Shown: piece by piece, positions 28,358-37,077 of the stretch | How the letters are laid out: each line of letters opens with the position of its first letter | Numbering within the stretch: position 1 is the stretch's first letter | Virus record (IMG/VR): IMGVR_UViG_3300033066_002242 | Location: 31,556-95,555 of that record | Length of the DNA stretch: 64,000 bases | Direction: 5' to 3' (one strand) | Source of the DNA: a virus | Taxonomy: Duplodnaviria; Caudoviricetes | Notes under the pieces: model-generated | What the model saw: the letters and a program-made list of their open reading frames with translations, nothing else | What the model was told of the DNA's origin: nothing | Database searches by the model: none | Program-made: the position numbers and the translations under genes

Positions 28358-31300
28358 TTACTCCGTTGTGAACTCCGTTGCGAGATAGTTCAGGGTGACA
28401 GTGATGGCAGCAGTGGCAACGCCAAGGTTGGTGACGCTGCAAGGAATAGCGGAAGTCGGCACCGTCTCAAAGTTGGTGCCGTCAACTTGCGGAGTCAAGA
28501 ACAAGCTGAGGGACCCTGCCCCAAGGATGGCCTCTAAGTACATCCCGTGGTCCCCCGTAGCCGCCACTCCGATAGGACGTGCTGCATCTGATGCTTGATG
28601 AGCCGCGGTTGCGTAGAGACGTACGCGGGCGGCGCCATCTGCCTCTACTTTCAACACACGGTAGGACTTGGCCAGGGTTACGGTGACTTGTTCCGTCGTG
28701 CCTACCGCAATGCTGGAAGTCGTCACAGAAGCTGTCGCCCTCCCTGCAAGAGCGCCGACAGAGGCTGAATGAGGCTTTAGCCATGCCCAAACCAGATCAT
28801 TGGTAAAAGTGATGTGGGGATCCGAAACGGCGTTCACCTCACGCACTGCCAGAAACTCAAAGGTATCTGTTTCAGCGTACGCAACATCCACGGGCAGGGC
28901 GCTGAGCGTACTTGCTTCCAGGCCCTGCACCGCTGCGCCGCCCATGGTAGTAGCCGTCGACCACACCTTGGCATCCGCATTGAGCGGGGCGGCAAAACGC
29001 ACCACCAAGCGCTGCCCCTGGCGCACCGGTTTGGGCAGTATGATCTGGTACTCATCCCTCAAGCTGTGAGAGTTGTAGCCGTGGTATGGCGCAATAACGT
29101 AGTTCAGCGCCTCCATGTGAGGCTTATCTGCGTGCACCGCTGACGGGGCTACCTGTCCATCCGGAGCCCCTGTTTGGTAGGAATACGATACGGAGTCATT
29201 GCCATCGCGGCGGGTGATCAGGTGCCCGAGTTCTCCGTTGACAGCCGAAACATCCGACTCTGCCAGCGGAAAGAACTCATAGTCAAAAATCATCGCTTTC
29301 TGGTCACGGGAGTACTCATAGTCCGCGTAAAGACAGGTGACATCCGACACTGGAGATGGCCTGGAAATATCCGCTGCACGGTATACGTACTCCGCGATAG
29401 GAGTAGAAGTTCCAGCATCTGTTCCGCGCACTCTCGATACGTGAATGGGGCAGTCGGTGGCCATCAGGCTTGACGCCTTGGGGAATATGACCACCCTCCC
29501 TCTGCGAGTAGCTGCAAAAGGAGGGGTAGTGCGAGTGGCCCCTACCAGTGATACGGGAATCTCGTTGGGAGTCCGGAGGCGCACATTGACCCCGGACACG
29601 TAGCTCACCGTGGTGAAGTCCACGACGGCTACTACCGTCTCATCCTCCCCAACTGCGATATCCAGCGGGTCGGTACCTGTCACCAGGTACCACACTACCC
29701 GCTCAGCCATCCTGGCGTTAGGCAGCTCCAGAACTGACCACCCATGCAGCCTATACATGTCTCCTTTAAGGGGAAGGTTGGAGAACACGACGTCATTGAA
29801 CCCTGTAGCGCTGTTGCCGGCTTCACGCTCTACGGCTCCTGCCCAAGCTCCCGCGTTGGCCGCTCCTGCAATCATGGGGTTGGACAGAGCTCCTGCGTAA
29901 TGCCTCCAGGACTCCGTACCGGATGCCGACAGGGTGTACTCACACCGAATCTTGCCTACCATCTTTATAGGCAACGCTGCGACATCCGACACCCAACTGC
30001 CATACTTGTACTCATCCCCGTGTACAGGGGTGAAGAAGTTCCAACCCACCTCCTTCCTTACGGCCACCTGGCCCGGTAATGCCCCTTGAGAAAGGAAGTA
30101 CCCGGCAACCTCTAGCAAAGATCCTACCTCGTTGTAGGGCGTGACGATGACCGCCTCACCCACATTGGCCCGCGTCCCGTCCCAGTCTGCCCCGGAGCGG
30201 CTGAAACCTACCACCATCTCTCCGCTGTCCAGGAATCTCTCTCGGACAGTGCGTTGCCCTGACTGCAGGGATATGATGTCAGACTGCGCGGTACCCATGT
30301 CAGTCTGGAGAGTGCCCACATCCGTCTGCAGAGTGGCCACTGAGGACTGCAAAGTACCTACGTCGGATACAACTGCCGCCAAGGCATCTGCGCGTACTAC
30401 GGTACTCGCCAGCGGGTATGTAAATATGCTGGTAGGCGACAGGAACTCTACAATGTCTCCGGTCTCAGCAGCCGTGCCGTGAAAGACACCGCCGTACTGA
30501 ACGAGGAACCTGTTGCTGATCTCCGTACCTGACGGTGCGACGGGTGGCGTCACTACTTCCTGATAGGTACCCCACGCTGAGAACGCCGCCAATGGGCTGG
30601 TTTCAGAGATGTCGGCCAGGGTGATGCTGTGGCGTACGCTGGAGGTCTTCCCGATGATGGGGTCTCCCGCCTCAATGTCGCTGTATGAGCACTGCTTAAA
30701 AATGCCTACGTGGGAAACAGTTGCCGGCACGACCATAGGGTTGCCGGCGTGTAGGTACCAGCCCAAGTCCACGTCGTTAACGATCAGGCCAACTTGACGG
30801 GTATCAGCGTCAAAGTACAGCACCGCCCTGGTAGGGCCGGTCAACGGAAACGTCAGGTCATCCGTCTTCATCACGCTGTTGTACGGCGTACCAGAGAGCG
30901 TGGTGGTCAAGATTGAGTACAGGGACGCCCCTGTAGGCAGCGCTCCGCTGACTTGCTGGTAGACAACCTGCACCATGATATCCATGTGGTCCAGGCCGCC
31001 AAGACTGTTGCCTTTGACATACACCGTGTCTATCACCGCAGGGATGACAGGGTTCGGGACGGTACGCTGCGGCAACGTGACAGCAGTAGTGTCAAACTCC
31101 AGCAGCAAAGGCTTCACGGTAGATGGCTCTGTGGGGATCGGCAAGTCCCCGTCAGGGTTGCCAAAGAACAGCCCCTGCAGCGTCTTGTTGCTTAGCGCTG
31201 CGTACCCCTGCACCGCCGCCGTACTTCCCTCCGCGATGTCGTACCCATGGATGCTTCCAGCCCCGCTGATATGTGGAAAGGTGAGCGCACCTGCCCCTGA

Positions 31301-32032
31301 TACGTCAACGTCCAGATCCGGGTAGACCACGACATCGGTGTGATCTACGGTGGTGACATCCCGCATGTCCCATGTGCCTTTAACGGGGATATCCAGGTTG
31401 GAACGCGCAGCCGCTGGCGCAACGGACACCCACGCCCCAGCCGTGTATACCCATGTGTGCTTTTCCAGGGGTGTCGCTGACGCCATGTCCGAGATGTTGG
31501 ACGGCATGCCCAGAATACCTGACCAATTTACCGCTGCCGCGATGCCTGCCGTGAACTGGTTGTAGCCGGCTGCGTTGCCCAGCTGGGCGTCGTCCACGAC
31601 CTTGTACATGATCTCTGTGTCGTCTTGCTGGACGATGTCTCCGTTCTGAACGCTAGCGGTAGTCAGCAGGAAACGGGCAGCTTCATCCGCTACGTGCACT
31701 AGCCGCTCCAGAGCCGCAGCCGGAATGACTGTCAAAGGAAGAGTGCCGGTCGTGATATTGGAGGCATTGGTACAGTCCACATCCGGGACGCTGGATAGCC
31801 CAATATGCGTCTTGTCCAGGACCACATCTCCTACCAGCCCGTTTACGGACGTCACTTCCGGCGCCGGGAACGACCCCAGAGCCACTCCGTACCCCTCGCC
31901 TGTGGTCACCAAGGGGCTGCCAGGAGAAACAGACCACGCCGAAGGAGCCAGGGACGTGTACACCTTGGTGCCCAGGTTGGCGTTGACGAAGTTTATAAAC
32001 GGCTGGATGTCTTCAAGCGCCAAAGTCGTCAT
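28358..32032 (-). CDS. Long tail/head fibre protein (1224 aa)
   Basis: VTSVNGLVGDVVL fibre motif and a heptad trimer coil VGTLQSSVATLQTDVGTLQTDMGTAQSDI; mosaic of beta domains. Confidence 0.65.
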   Translation of the reverse strand: MTTLALEDIQPFINFVNANLGTKVYTSLAPSAWSVSPGSPLVTTGEGYGVALGSFPAPEVTSVNGLVGDVVLDKTHIGLSSVPDVDCTNASNITTGTLPLTVIPAAALERLVHVADEAARFLLTTASVQNGDIVQQDDTEIMYKVVDDAQLGNAAGYNQFTAGIAAAVNWSGILGMPSNISDMASATPLEKHTWVYTAGAWVSVAPAAARSNLDIPVKGTWDMRDVTTVDHTDVVVYPDLDVDVSGAGALTFPHISGAGSIHGYDIAEGSTAAVQGYAALSNKTLQGLFFGNPDGDLPIPTEPSTVKPLLLEFDTTAVTLPQRTVPNPVIPAVIDTVYVKGNSLGGLDHMDIMVQVVYQQVSGALPTGASLYSILTTTLSGTPYNSVMKTDDLTFPLTGPTRAVLYFDADTRQVGLIVNDVDLGWYLHAGNPMVVPATVSHVGIFKQCSYSDIEAGDPIIGKTSSVRHSITLADISETSPLAAFSAWGTYQEVVTPPVAPSGTEISNRFLVQYGGVFHGTAAETGDIVEFLSPTSIFTYPLASTVVRADALAAVVSDVGTLQSSVATLQTDVGTLQTDMGTAQSDIISLQSGQRTVRERFLDSGEMVVGFSRSGADWDGTRANVGEAVIVTPYNEVGSLLEVAGYFLSQGALPGQVAVRKEVGWNFFTPVHGDEYKYGSWVSDVAALPIKMVGKIRCEYTLSASGTESWRHYAGALSNPMIAGAANAGAWAGAVEREAGNSATGFNDVVFSNLPLKGDMYRLHGWSVLELPNARMAERVVWYLVTGTDPLDIAVGEDETVVAVVDFTTVSYVSGVNVRLRTPNEIPVSLVGATRTTPPFAATRRGRVVIFPKASSLMATDCPIHVSRVRGTDAGTSTPIAEYVYRAADISRPSPVSDVTCLYADYEYSRDQKAMIFDYEFFPLAESDVSAVNGELGHLITRRDGNDSVSYSYQTGAPDGQVAPSAVHADKPHMEALNYVIAPYHGYNSHSLRDEYQIILPKPVRQGQRLVVRFAAPLNADAKVWSTATTMGGAAVQGLEASTLSALPVDVAYAETDTFEFLAVREVNAVSDPHITFTNDLVWAWLKPHSASVGALAGRATASVTTSSIAVGTTEQVTVTLAKSYRVLKVEADGAARVRLYATAAHQASDAARPIGVAATGDHGMYLEAILGAGSLSLFLTPQVDGTNFETVPTSAIPCSVTNLGVATAAITVTLNYLATEFTTE

Positions 32033-34695
32033 TACACCGTCTCCTCGATCTCGAATTCCGCAGGGAACGCTTCTGCATTGTTGCCATTGGCGTTCAGTGA
32101 GTCATTATTATACAGGTACGACCCTGTCGGGCTGGGAACGTCTGCCCCATTCACCACAGAGTACGTGAAAGGCCCGTACAGAGGGTCATCAACCCGTGAG
32201 GCAGAGTAGGATACGTTATGCGACCCGGCATTGCCCTTGGACAGGTTGGTAGCCAGCAGCTTGGCGGTGTTCGTCACGGAAGTGCCTATGGGTGCCCGGA
32301 ACTTGGACACGGAAGGCAGGAACTGCACCACCCGCTTCACGAACCCTCCTACCACGTAGTTCTCTGTCCCTGCTTCCAGGCCTGCCACGGGAATGCCTGC
32401 CAAATTGAGAGCAGACAGACCGGAGAATACCGCAGGACCCTTGGCGTGCGCATCCGTAATCAACAAGCTCCTCGTCCAGTGGACCCCCTGGTCTGCTGTG
32501 GAGAACGCGCCTGACCAGGTGCCGGTCCCTGCGTCCAGCGTCACCGGCCCTGCCAACCGCTGCGTAGAGGTCAAAGTCACCGTGTGTGCCTGGCCCGCAG
32601 GACTGGAACGCAGCCGGGCAGCCAGTCCGCCAAGGGACACTTCGGCCGCAACGTTGGCGATGAACACAAGTGTCTGTGCTGCGATAGATGCTGTACCGTT
32701 CTCCGACCGCGACGCCACTGCCTGCAGGTTGGCGGTAGAGATGTTGTAGGAGGCGCCTGCTCCACAGGTTACCCGCTTTGGAGAGACACCTGAGAGGGGG
32801 CTGGTGATCACCAACTCCCCCGTGGGAGAAGTAAAGCTGTACCCATCCGCGTTGGCAGAGGTGAAGGCGATATCCGCTTCATCTCCCTCCGCCAGCGCCT
32901 GGAATCCGGTGAGGAAGGATAGGGAGCCCCAGGCAAAGGTGGGCAAGGTGTTGTTCAGCACTACGGAGTTGCTGGTAGAAACTACCTCGCTCCACGTACC
33001 TGCAAGGTTACGTACTCGAACTTTGGCAGGCACGGTCACGTCAGACGTGCCTCTGTTGGCCGTGGTGACGGAGTGGACCGATGCTGTCGTGGGTGCCACC
33101 GCGAAGGAGTGGGCGATGGTAGCCGTACCTGAATCCGTAATCACCTCTACCAGATTGTAGGGCTGGTCGGATGCAATGCTCAAGGTAATGGACTGCCCTG
33201 CGGCGTGCTTGGTCTGTGCAGGCGCACCTGGGTAGAGGTTGGTCAGGGCTGCAGATGTCACTACCGGAGGAGCTACCACCGTCACCGTAGCAGTGTCTGT
33301 GCTGCCTTCCCCGTGTACAGCCGTTACCAGGCTGCCTGATAGTGTGATGTCGGCAAACCCCGTCCAGGAGTCAGATGAACCATACCGGGCTAGGGATGCA
33401 GGCACAGCGTTGACCAGCACAGAGGGCTTGAATGACTGGCTCCCTGTCACAGCTACTACGTGTACACGCAGAGCGGAGGTGCTGGACGTGCAAGACTGGA
33501 GCACTTGGTCGCCATCTGACAGGTTCTTTCCATATACGTTGCCGCCATCCGTAGCCGTGATATCGGTGATAGCCACAAATCCAGATGAGGTAGGAATGGT
33601 TACGACGATTTCAGACCCATCAGACAGGGATGTGGTCAGCTCCTGGGTTCCCTCATCAAACACCATGCTTTCGATGCCTGGAGACGATGTGATGGTGGTT
33701 TCCAGGAACGTACCGTCGGAGAGCTCCAGCCGCAGGACGTCAGACATGTCGTCGTACGCCATGCTGGTCACAGTGTTGACCGTGGCGGATGTCCGCGATG
33801 CTACCCGTGTAACCTGCAGGTCCTGCATTCCGTTGTAGAACTTGGCAAAGTCCCCCGGCAAGGTGCGGTACGAGCGGTAGCTTCCGCCAACCGTAACCTT
33901 GTACTCGCGGCCGTCCGTGGCTCCCGCCGGGGGTATGGCCTCTCCAGAGCCCTGAAACGGCAAACGTCCGTCTGCAGAGGATCCACACAGGAAGGATACC
34001 GATCCTGCATTCAGGGATACAGTTCCGGAGGCAAATACCAGGAACACGATCTCGTAGAATGTTTCGTCATCCGGCATCCCGGTCAGGTTGAGCAGTGCGC
34101 CGGGCATCGACGCTTCTGCTCCGTGTTGATGCACCATCTGGTGCGTGGCGTAGTTGATGCCGGTAAACAGGCGGTCTCCCGGCGCCACCGCCGAAGCAAA
34201 CTCTCCATGAACAGCAGGTCCGACGTTGCTGCTGACAATCTGAAAGCTGTCGAAGCCGGTATCGGAATACTGTACGTAAGCGCCCCACACCGGGTTAGCG
34301 GTATGGCCACCGCGCATCAGGGTGAAGAAGTCGTCCGGGGTAGCTGAGCTGTTTATGAACGCATGCCCCCGGTAGAGCAGATTGTCCCCTGGGTGCGGGT
34401 TGTGCGCGGCCATCTCCGCCCATCGCGTGCCTACTCCCCCCGTCACTGGGATGCCATCGCGGGAACCTACGTAGCTGGCCAGGTTGGTGCCGGTAATGAC
34501 GGATGCCGGTGTCAGGGTGGAGTACCCTCCAGAAACACCGATAGCGCCATGGACCACGAAGGCCGGGGAGGAAGTCTCCGGCAAGGTGGACATATCCCAG
34601 TTGCCGGAAAGCAGGTGCACCTCCGGAGAGTGAGTCATCCCCTGTGCGCCAAAATTGCCTAAAAGGTGCGGAAAATCTACGCTTAGACGACCCAT
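32032..34695 (-). CDS. Ig-like repeat virion appendage protein (887 aa)
   Basis: Thr/Ser/Val-rich Ig-like segments; duplicated M-x-Y/F-D...L.LSDG motif. Confidence 0.55.
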   Translation of the reverse strand: MGRLSVDFPHLLGNFGAQGMTHSPEVHLLSGNWDMSTLPETSSPAFVVHGAIGVSGGYSTLTPASVITGTNLASYVGSRDGIPVTGGVGTRWAEMAAHNPHPGDNLLYRGHAFINSSATPDDFFTLMRGGHTANPVWGAYVQYSDTGFDSFQIVSSNVGPAVHGEFASAVAPGDRLFTGINYATHQMVHQHGAEASMPGALLNLTGMPDDETFYEIVFLVFASGTVSLNAGSVSFLCGSSADGRLPFQGSGEAIPPAGATDGREYKVTVGGSYRSYRTLPGDFAKFYNGMQDLQVTRVASRTSATVNTVTSMAYDDMSDVLRLELSDGTFLETTITSSPGIESMVFDEGTQELTTSLSDGSEIVVTIPTSSGFVAITDITATDGGNVYGKNLSDGDQVLQSCTSSTSALRVHVVAVTGSQSFKPSVLVNAVPASLARYGSSDSWTGFADITLSGSLVTAVHGEGSTDTATVTVVAPPVVTSAALTNLYPGAPAQTKHAAGQSITLSIASDQPYNLVEVITDSGTATIAHSFAVAPTTASVHSVTTANRGTSDVTVPAKVRVRNLAGTWSEVVSTSNSVVLNNTLPTFAWGSLSFLTGFQALAEGDEADIAFTSANADGYSFTSPTGELVITSPLSGVSPKRVTCGAGASYNISTANLQAVASRSENGTASIAAQTLVFIANVAAEVSLGGLAARLRSSPAGQAHTVTLTSTQRLAGPVTLDAGTGTWSGAFSTADQGVHWTRSLLITDAHAKGPAVFSGLSALNLAGIPVAGLEAGTENYVVGGFVKRVVQFLPSVSKFRAPIGTSVTNTAKLLATNLSKGNAGSHNVSYSASRVDDPLYGPFTYSVVNGADVPSPTGSYLYNNDSLNANGNNAEAFPAEFEIEETV

Positions 34696-34707
34696 GGTGT
34701 TGCTCTC

Positions 34708-35184
34708 TTAGCTGAGTGGGTTGATGCGCCAGCCCACGGCCGCGCCAAGGAAGGTCGCCATGACGGCCACGCTGACGTCCAGGAAGTAGGGTTCGTCATG
34801 CCCTGCAATGGGGTAGCTGGCTACCAGCTCGACGTTATGCGCCTCCCAGGTGAATGTTGCCGGTGTGAAGATATGGGTGACGCCACTGCCTTCTACGGGA
34901 TTAGGGAACAGGGTGAGACGCACGCCTCCCATGGACGTGTCCACGGACCAGTTGCTGCTCTCCTCCAGGATGCGGTCCTCATTCGTGACCGGGTAGTCAC
35001 CGAAGATATCCGTGGCGTCTTGCTGAGTAATCTCTACCAGCTTGCCTGCGGTCACGGCCGCTTGCACGGTGACATCGGCGAACTGTGTGTCCGTCAGGAC
35101 AAACTTCTCCAGGTACTCCAGGAACAGGGCCCCGGAAAACAGGGTCAGTCCCGGTAGGTACGTGCATTGGACGTTATGGCTCAC
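34708..35184 (-). CDS. Hypothetical structural protein, first gene of the fibre operon
   Basis: GTG start after GAGGTG; acidic. Confidence 0.45.
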   Translation of the reverse strand: MSHNVQCTYLPGLTLFSGALFLEYLEKFVLTDTQFADVTVQAAVTAGKLVEITQQDATDIFGDYPVTNEDRILEESSNWSVDTSMGGVRLTLFPNPVEGSGVTHIFTPATFTWEAHNVELVASYPIAGHDEPYFLDVSVAVMATFLGAAVGWRINPLS

Positions 35185-35251
35185 GGCGGGGCACCTCGAT
35201 TGCTATGCCATGATTTTAGTCTGAAGCAGCCGTCTACGCCTACCATCTTCT

Positions 35252-35279
35252 CAATAGATTGCCTTCGGCGGGGTATAAG
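35252..35279 (+). promoter_or_regulatory. Putative early promoter CAAT-N16-GGTATAAG
   Basis: Same motif and spacing at 36242, 51852 and 59007; upstream of the DHH gene. Confidence 0.65.
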
Positions 35280-35320
35280 TACTTTAGAGACAACATCGTC
35301 TTTTTTATTGGAGCAATGTT

Positions 35321-36193
35321 ATGAGCAAAATCCTTTGTGTATTTCACGGCAAATGTGCCGATGGCCTCGGCGCGTTGTGGGCAGTGATTCAGCGCTTCGG
35401 TGCTGAAAACGTGGAGCCCTTCGCCGGGTTCTACGGACGTCCCGCCCCGGACGTCGCCGGCCGCAAGGTCGTGATGGTGGACTTTTCTTATAGCCGGGAG
35501 GTCATGGAAGACCTCGTCGCGAAGGCGGAGTCCTTCATCTGCCTCGACCACCACGCCAGCGCCAGGGATGCGCTGGCCGGGGTGCCGGGGTGCCACTTCG
35601 ACATGACACGCTCCGGCGCGGTCATGGCCTGGGAGCAATTCATGCCTTACCAGCCGTGCCCTCTGGTCCTCAAATATATCGGGGATCGCGACATCTGGGC
35701 ATGGAAGCTTCCCAACAGCAGGGAGGTGTCCGAGGTGATGCAATGGGACTTTTCCCTCCCCATTGAGGAGCAGCTGGCGCAGGTCACTGCAAACCAGATC
35801 CAGCTGGAAAGGGATTTCCCGTCCGTAGTTCTGACGGGAACGGCCATCCGGACAGCCACCGAGCGCCTGGTGAAGGCGCATGCCGGCAGCTGGTTCTGGG
35901 TGACGCTGAAGGGCGGGAAGAAAATCCCCGCCTGCTTCTGCCACCCGGTACTGGCATCGGAGACAGGAAACGTGCTGGCCGCGATGCCGGAGAACCCGGA
36001 AGGAGTCTCCGTCTGCCTGTCAGCAGGCCACGACGGCAAGTACGCCTTGTCGTTCCGGGCGGTGAACGGCACGGCCAAGGACCTGGCTCTGGCGTACGGC
36101 GGCGGGGGTCACCCCAATGCCGCCGGAGCCGGGGTGGACTTGGAGGGCTTCACTGCTCTCCTCGCCACTCGGGAGGCGCGGCCCGAGGAGTAA
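35321..36193 (+). CDS. DHH/DHHA1 family phosphoesterase (NrnB-like)
   Basis: HGKCADG, MVDFS, LDHH, GGGGHPNAAG motifs. Confidence 0.85.
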   Translation: MSKILCVFHGKCADGLGALWAVIQRFGAENVEPFAGFYGRPAPDVAGRKVVMVDFSYSREVMEDLVAKAESFICLDHHASARDALAGVPGCHFDMTRSGAVMAWEQFMPYQPCPLVLKYIGDRDIWAWKLPNSREVSEVMQWDFSLPIEEQLAQVTANQIQLERDFPSVVLTGTAIRTATERLVKAHAGSWFWVTLKGGKKIPACFCHPVLASETGNVLAAMPENPEGVSVCLSAGHDGKYALSFRAVNGTAKDLALAYGGGGHPNAAGAGVDLEGFTALLATREARPEE

Positions 36194-36199
36194 AGCGGT

Positions 36200-36238
36200 A
36201 AAGGAAGGCGGATCCCTCGGGGTCTTCCTCTTCCTTTA
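36200..36238 (+). terminator. Putative terminator hairpin
   Basis: AAAGGAAG...CTTCCTTT imperfect stem after the DHH stop codon. Confidence 0.5.
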
Positions 36239-36241
36239 GTT

Positions 36242-36269
36242 CAATTTACGTTGCTCCGATTGGTATAAG
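36242..36269 (+). promoter_or_regulatory. Putative early promoter CAAT-N16-GGTATAAG
   Basis: Motif match with identical spacing. Confidence 0.65.
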
Positions 36270-36321
36270 TTTTATAGGGAGAGGAATAGTCCAAACCCGA
36301 TAACAAGAAATTGGAGCAGTC

Positions 36322-36450
36322 ATGCACACCTATCTCATCACTACTGTGACAGGATTTGTTGTTAAGCTTTTTGCAGACGATTACCGCGAGGCCGTGAAAA
36401 CGGCCATCGAACGCGGCGACACCCCCGCGGAGGTCACGCAAATCGCGTGA
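36322..36450 (+). CDS. 42-aa small early protein (MHTYLITTVTG...)
   Basis: GGAG RBS, downstream of the promoter motif, followed by the hairpin CAGGCCCC-tc-GGGGCCTG. Confidence 0.55.
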   Translation: MHTYLITTVTGFVVKLFADDYREAVKTAIERGDTPAEVTQIA

Positions 36451-36513
36451 GCCTTCGCAAAAAGACAGGCCCCTCGGGGCCTGCTCTCAACCTTTTTTAG
36501 CTGGAGAAATGAC

Positions 36514-36996
36514 ATGACCTTATTCGGAATTCCTGCCTATCAAGCGTGGCTGCTGATGGGCCTGGCCTGCTTCTGCATTGCCAGCGTTGCCACGACCCAC
36601 ATGATGTGTGATGCAGAGGCGGTAATGCTGGCATCCCAGCGCAGCAACCACACCCTGGGAAGATGGGAGGCAGCGGTCAGCACTGCCGGAGTCATCCTCA
36701 TCACCCTGGCGGCAGGTCCCTTGGGAGTCATAGGGCTTCTAAACCCGCGACTGTGGAGGGCTGCTCCTACTCTGTTCCTGGGTCGGGAAGATGGAGACTC
36801 CGAGTTCTCATCCTTGATGAAGACCTGGGTGGTTGTCCGCAACTCCGATAACCAGTACGTCCGGGATGACGGTACCCTGTCGTTCCGTGTCCGCAGCGCC
36901 CGGGTCATGCCCTTGGCAGAAGCCAAGCGCAGCTTCCCGGACTTCAAGGCTATCCCCTTGTCCTACGTGGTCACCCTCCACCCCGACTATCTGTAG
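36514..36996 (+). CDS. Membrane protein (2 predicted TM segments)
   Basis: Two hydrophobic stretches; GGAG RBS; terminator-like CGGGAG..CTCCCG-T7 at about 37012-37035. Confidence 0.55.
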   Translation: MTLFGIPAYQAWLLMGLACFCIASVATTHMMCDAEAVMLASQRSNHTLGRWEAAVSTAGVILITLAAGPLGVIGLLNPRLWRAAPTLFLGREDGDSEFSSLMKTWVVVRNSDNQYVRDDGTLSFRVRSARVMPLAEAKRSFPDFKAIPLSYVVTLHPDYL

Positions 36997-37077
36997 TCGG
37001 GTCCTTGCCTTCCGGGAGTTGCCTCCCGTTTTTTTAGCGTAAACTCCCTGAAGTGCTTATCTGCGGAATGATCCCTC

